Below the pieces are notes generated by a model that was not told where the DNA came from, searched no databases, and saw only the letters and a program-made list of their open reading frames with translations. The position numbers and the translations under genes were made by a program. From a virus (Duplodnaviria; Caudoviricetes), in the IMG/VR virus record IMGVR_UViG_3300012953_000039, positions 1 through 56,076 of that record: a stretch of 56,076 nucleotides of DNA. One strand, 5' to 3'. This document shows, piece by piece, positions 55,133 to 56,076 of this stretch; within the stretch, counting starts at the first letter, position 1, and each line of letters begins with the position of its first letter.

Positions 55133-55721
55133 AGACGACAACAATAAACCAGGCGAGGCGTACAAAAATATAATCTTGTTTCCAGAGAATAAGATGGTAC
55201 GCCAACCAAAAGAAACCGACCCTAAAGCAACCAAGAAGATGAGAGATTATCAGGCGGCGAAGTTTGTAGAGGCGGCAACAGACGAGATTGGATTAGATTT
55301 AGTACGAAGATTTGTACAAATGGGATTAGACACAAAACAAGATGTATTTACAAAAGACTTAGCGTTATCAATGGACGCTATCAGAGGATTACTTTACAGA
55401 CAATTTAATATGAAACACCCTATTCAAAAGGTTGTAGATGACGCCGTTAAATTAAGAATGAATAAGACAGGCGTAGTTACTGCAAGAATAGAATATGCAA
55501 ATATGACAGATGAAACTTCTGCCACAACTAAACCTTTAAACAAACCAGTATCAGATGACTTAAACGATAGAAACAATGGGTTCTTTCAGTTTACAGAAGA
55601 CTTTGAATTTAGACCTGACTTTGATAATAACGAACAAACAGAGAATGAAGAAGATAAAACAAGTTATGTATTCTTACCAGATGATGGTAACGATGGTCCA
55701 CCGAGTGATACAGAAAAATGA
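55125..55721 (+). CDS. hypothetical protein
   Basis: NIILFP...DAIRGLLYR...HPIQ; acidic tail. Confidence 0.6.
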   Translation: MSEDDNNKPGEAYKNIILFPENKMVRQPKETDPKATKKMRDYQAAKFVEAATDEIGLDLVRRFVQMGLDTKQDVFTKDLALSMDAIRGLLYRQFNMKHPIQKVVDDAVKLRMNKTGVVTARIEYANMTDETSATTKPLNKPVSDDLNDRNNGFFQFTEDFEFRPDFDNNEQTENEEDKTSYVFLPDDGNDGPPSDTEK

Positions 55722-55939
55722 TGACAGAAAAGATTAGACACGAATTTGGTTTTATAGAAGCAAAGACTTCTGGTGGTGCTGTATTTGAGCAAGGTGTAAA
55801 ACAATCTAAAGAACATAAGGCAATTAGAAAAATAGCAGAACCTTTAATGGCGAAACATTGGAAAGATAAGGTTACTAATTTACATAGAATTTATAAAGTA
55901 GCAGAATACCTACTTAAAAGAAGTAAAAGAGCAAAATGA
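55718..55939 (+). CDS. hypothetical protein
   Basis: ATGA overlap; track ORF. Confidence 0.5.
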   Translation: MMTEKIRHEFGFIEAKTSGGAVFEQGVKQSKEHKAIRKIAEPLMAKHWKDKVTNLHRIYKVAEYLLKRSKRAK

Positions 55940-56076
55940 TAACAGACATATTAAAAGATTTACGAGAATTGAGAGACGAAATGGTACAGAAGAACTGGCC
56001 TGCTCAAAGATTGAGTAATATTATCTTAAAATATGAAATGAAACAACCCCCAAAAGAAACTATGGCTGTTCACGAT
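55936..56076 (+). CDS. hypothetical protein, 3'-truncated
   Basis: MITDILKDLRELRDEMVQKNWPAQRL... open to the window end. Confidence 0.45.
   Translation, partial: MITDILKDLRELRDEMVQKNWPAQRLSNIILKYEMKQPPKETMAVHD

Noticed and set aside
1-56076. Bacterial chromosome or prophage origin (because of rpsU, adk, fdx, tRNA)
   Set aside because: Host-like genes are embedded among T4 core genes and TATAAATA late promoters; no integrase or bacterial operon context.

Overview
A 56-kb fragment of an AT-rich T4-like myovirus genome. All credible genes are on the + strand. Gene content (ribosomal protein S21, Hsp20, Prx5-type peroxiredoxin, 2Fe-2S ferredoxin, CobS/CobT-like pair) and near-absence of GANTC suggest a marine alphaproteobacterial (SAR11/Pelagibacter-type) host; this is inference. 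Order along the window: a putative DNA-modification cluster (2OG-Fe(II) oxygenases, PLP enzyme, SPPY methyltransferase); CobT/CobS; rpsU, hsp20, prx; the T4 replication core (gp45, gp44, gp62, regA, gp43, uvsX, gp41) with inserted RimK-protease fusion, ferredoxin, GNAT-like gene and a second methyltransferase; tRNA-Arg(TCT); a nuclease, then a late block of nucleotide-processing enzymes and probable internal head proteins; spanins; secreted/membrane proteins; primase, nrdAB, RuvC-like resolvase; and a small-ORF early region with lipoproteins and glutaredoxin. Main observations: (1) a 1181-aa kinase/PAP2/NTase/cytidylyltransferase protein with a capsid-targeting-like N-terminus and (L/I)-x-E prohead-protease-like sites at its domain junctions, plus other enzymes with similar N-termini; (2) strong restriction-site avoidance in which every surviving GANTC/GATC/GATGC site I found overlaps GGA/TCC, hinting at a phage DNA modification; (3) a ROSE-like RNA thermometer ahead of hsp20 and a pseudoknotted ncRNA candidate after rpsU; (4) an in-frame amber codon in the gp41 helicase; (5) repeated hairpin + early-promoter cassettes. 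All calls are from manual motif reading; no searches were run.
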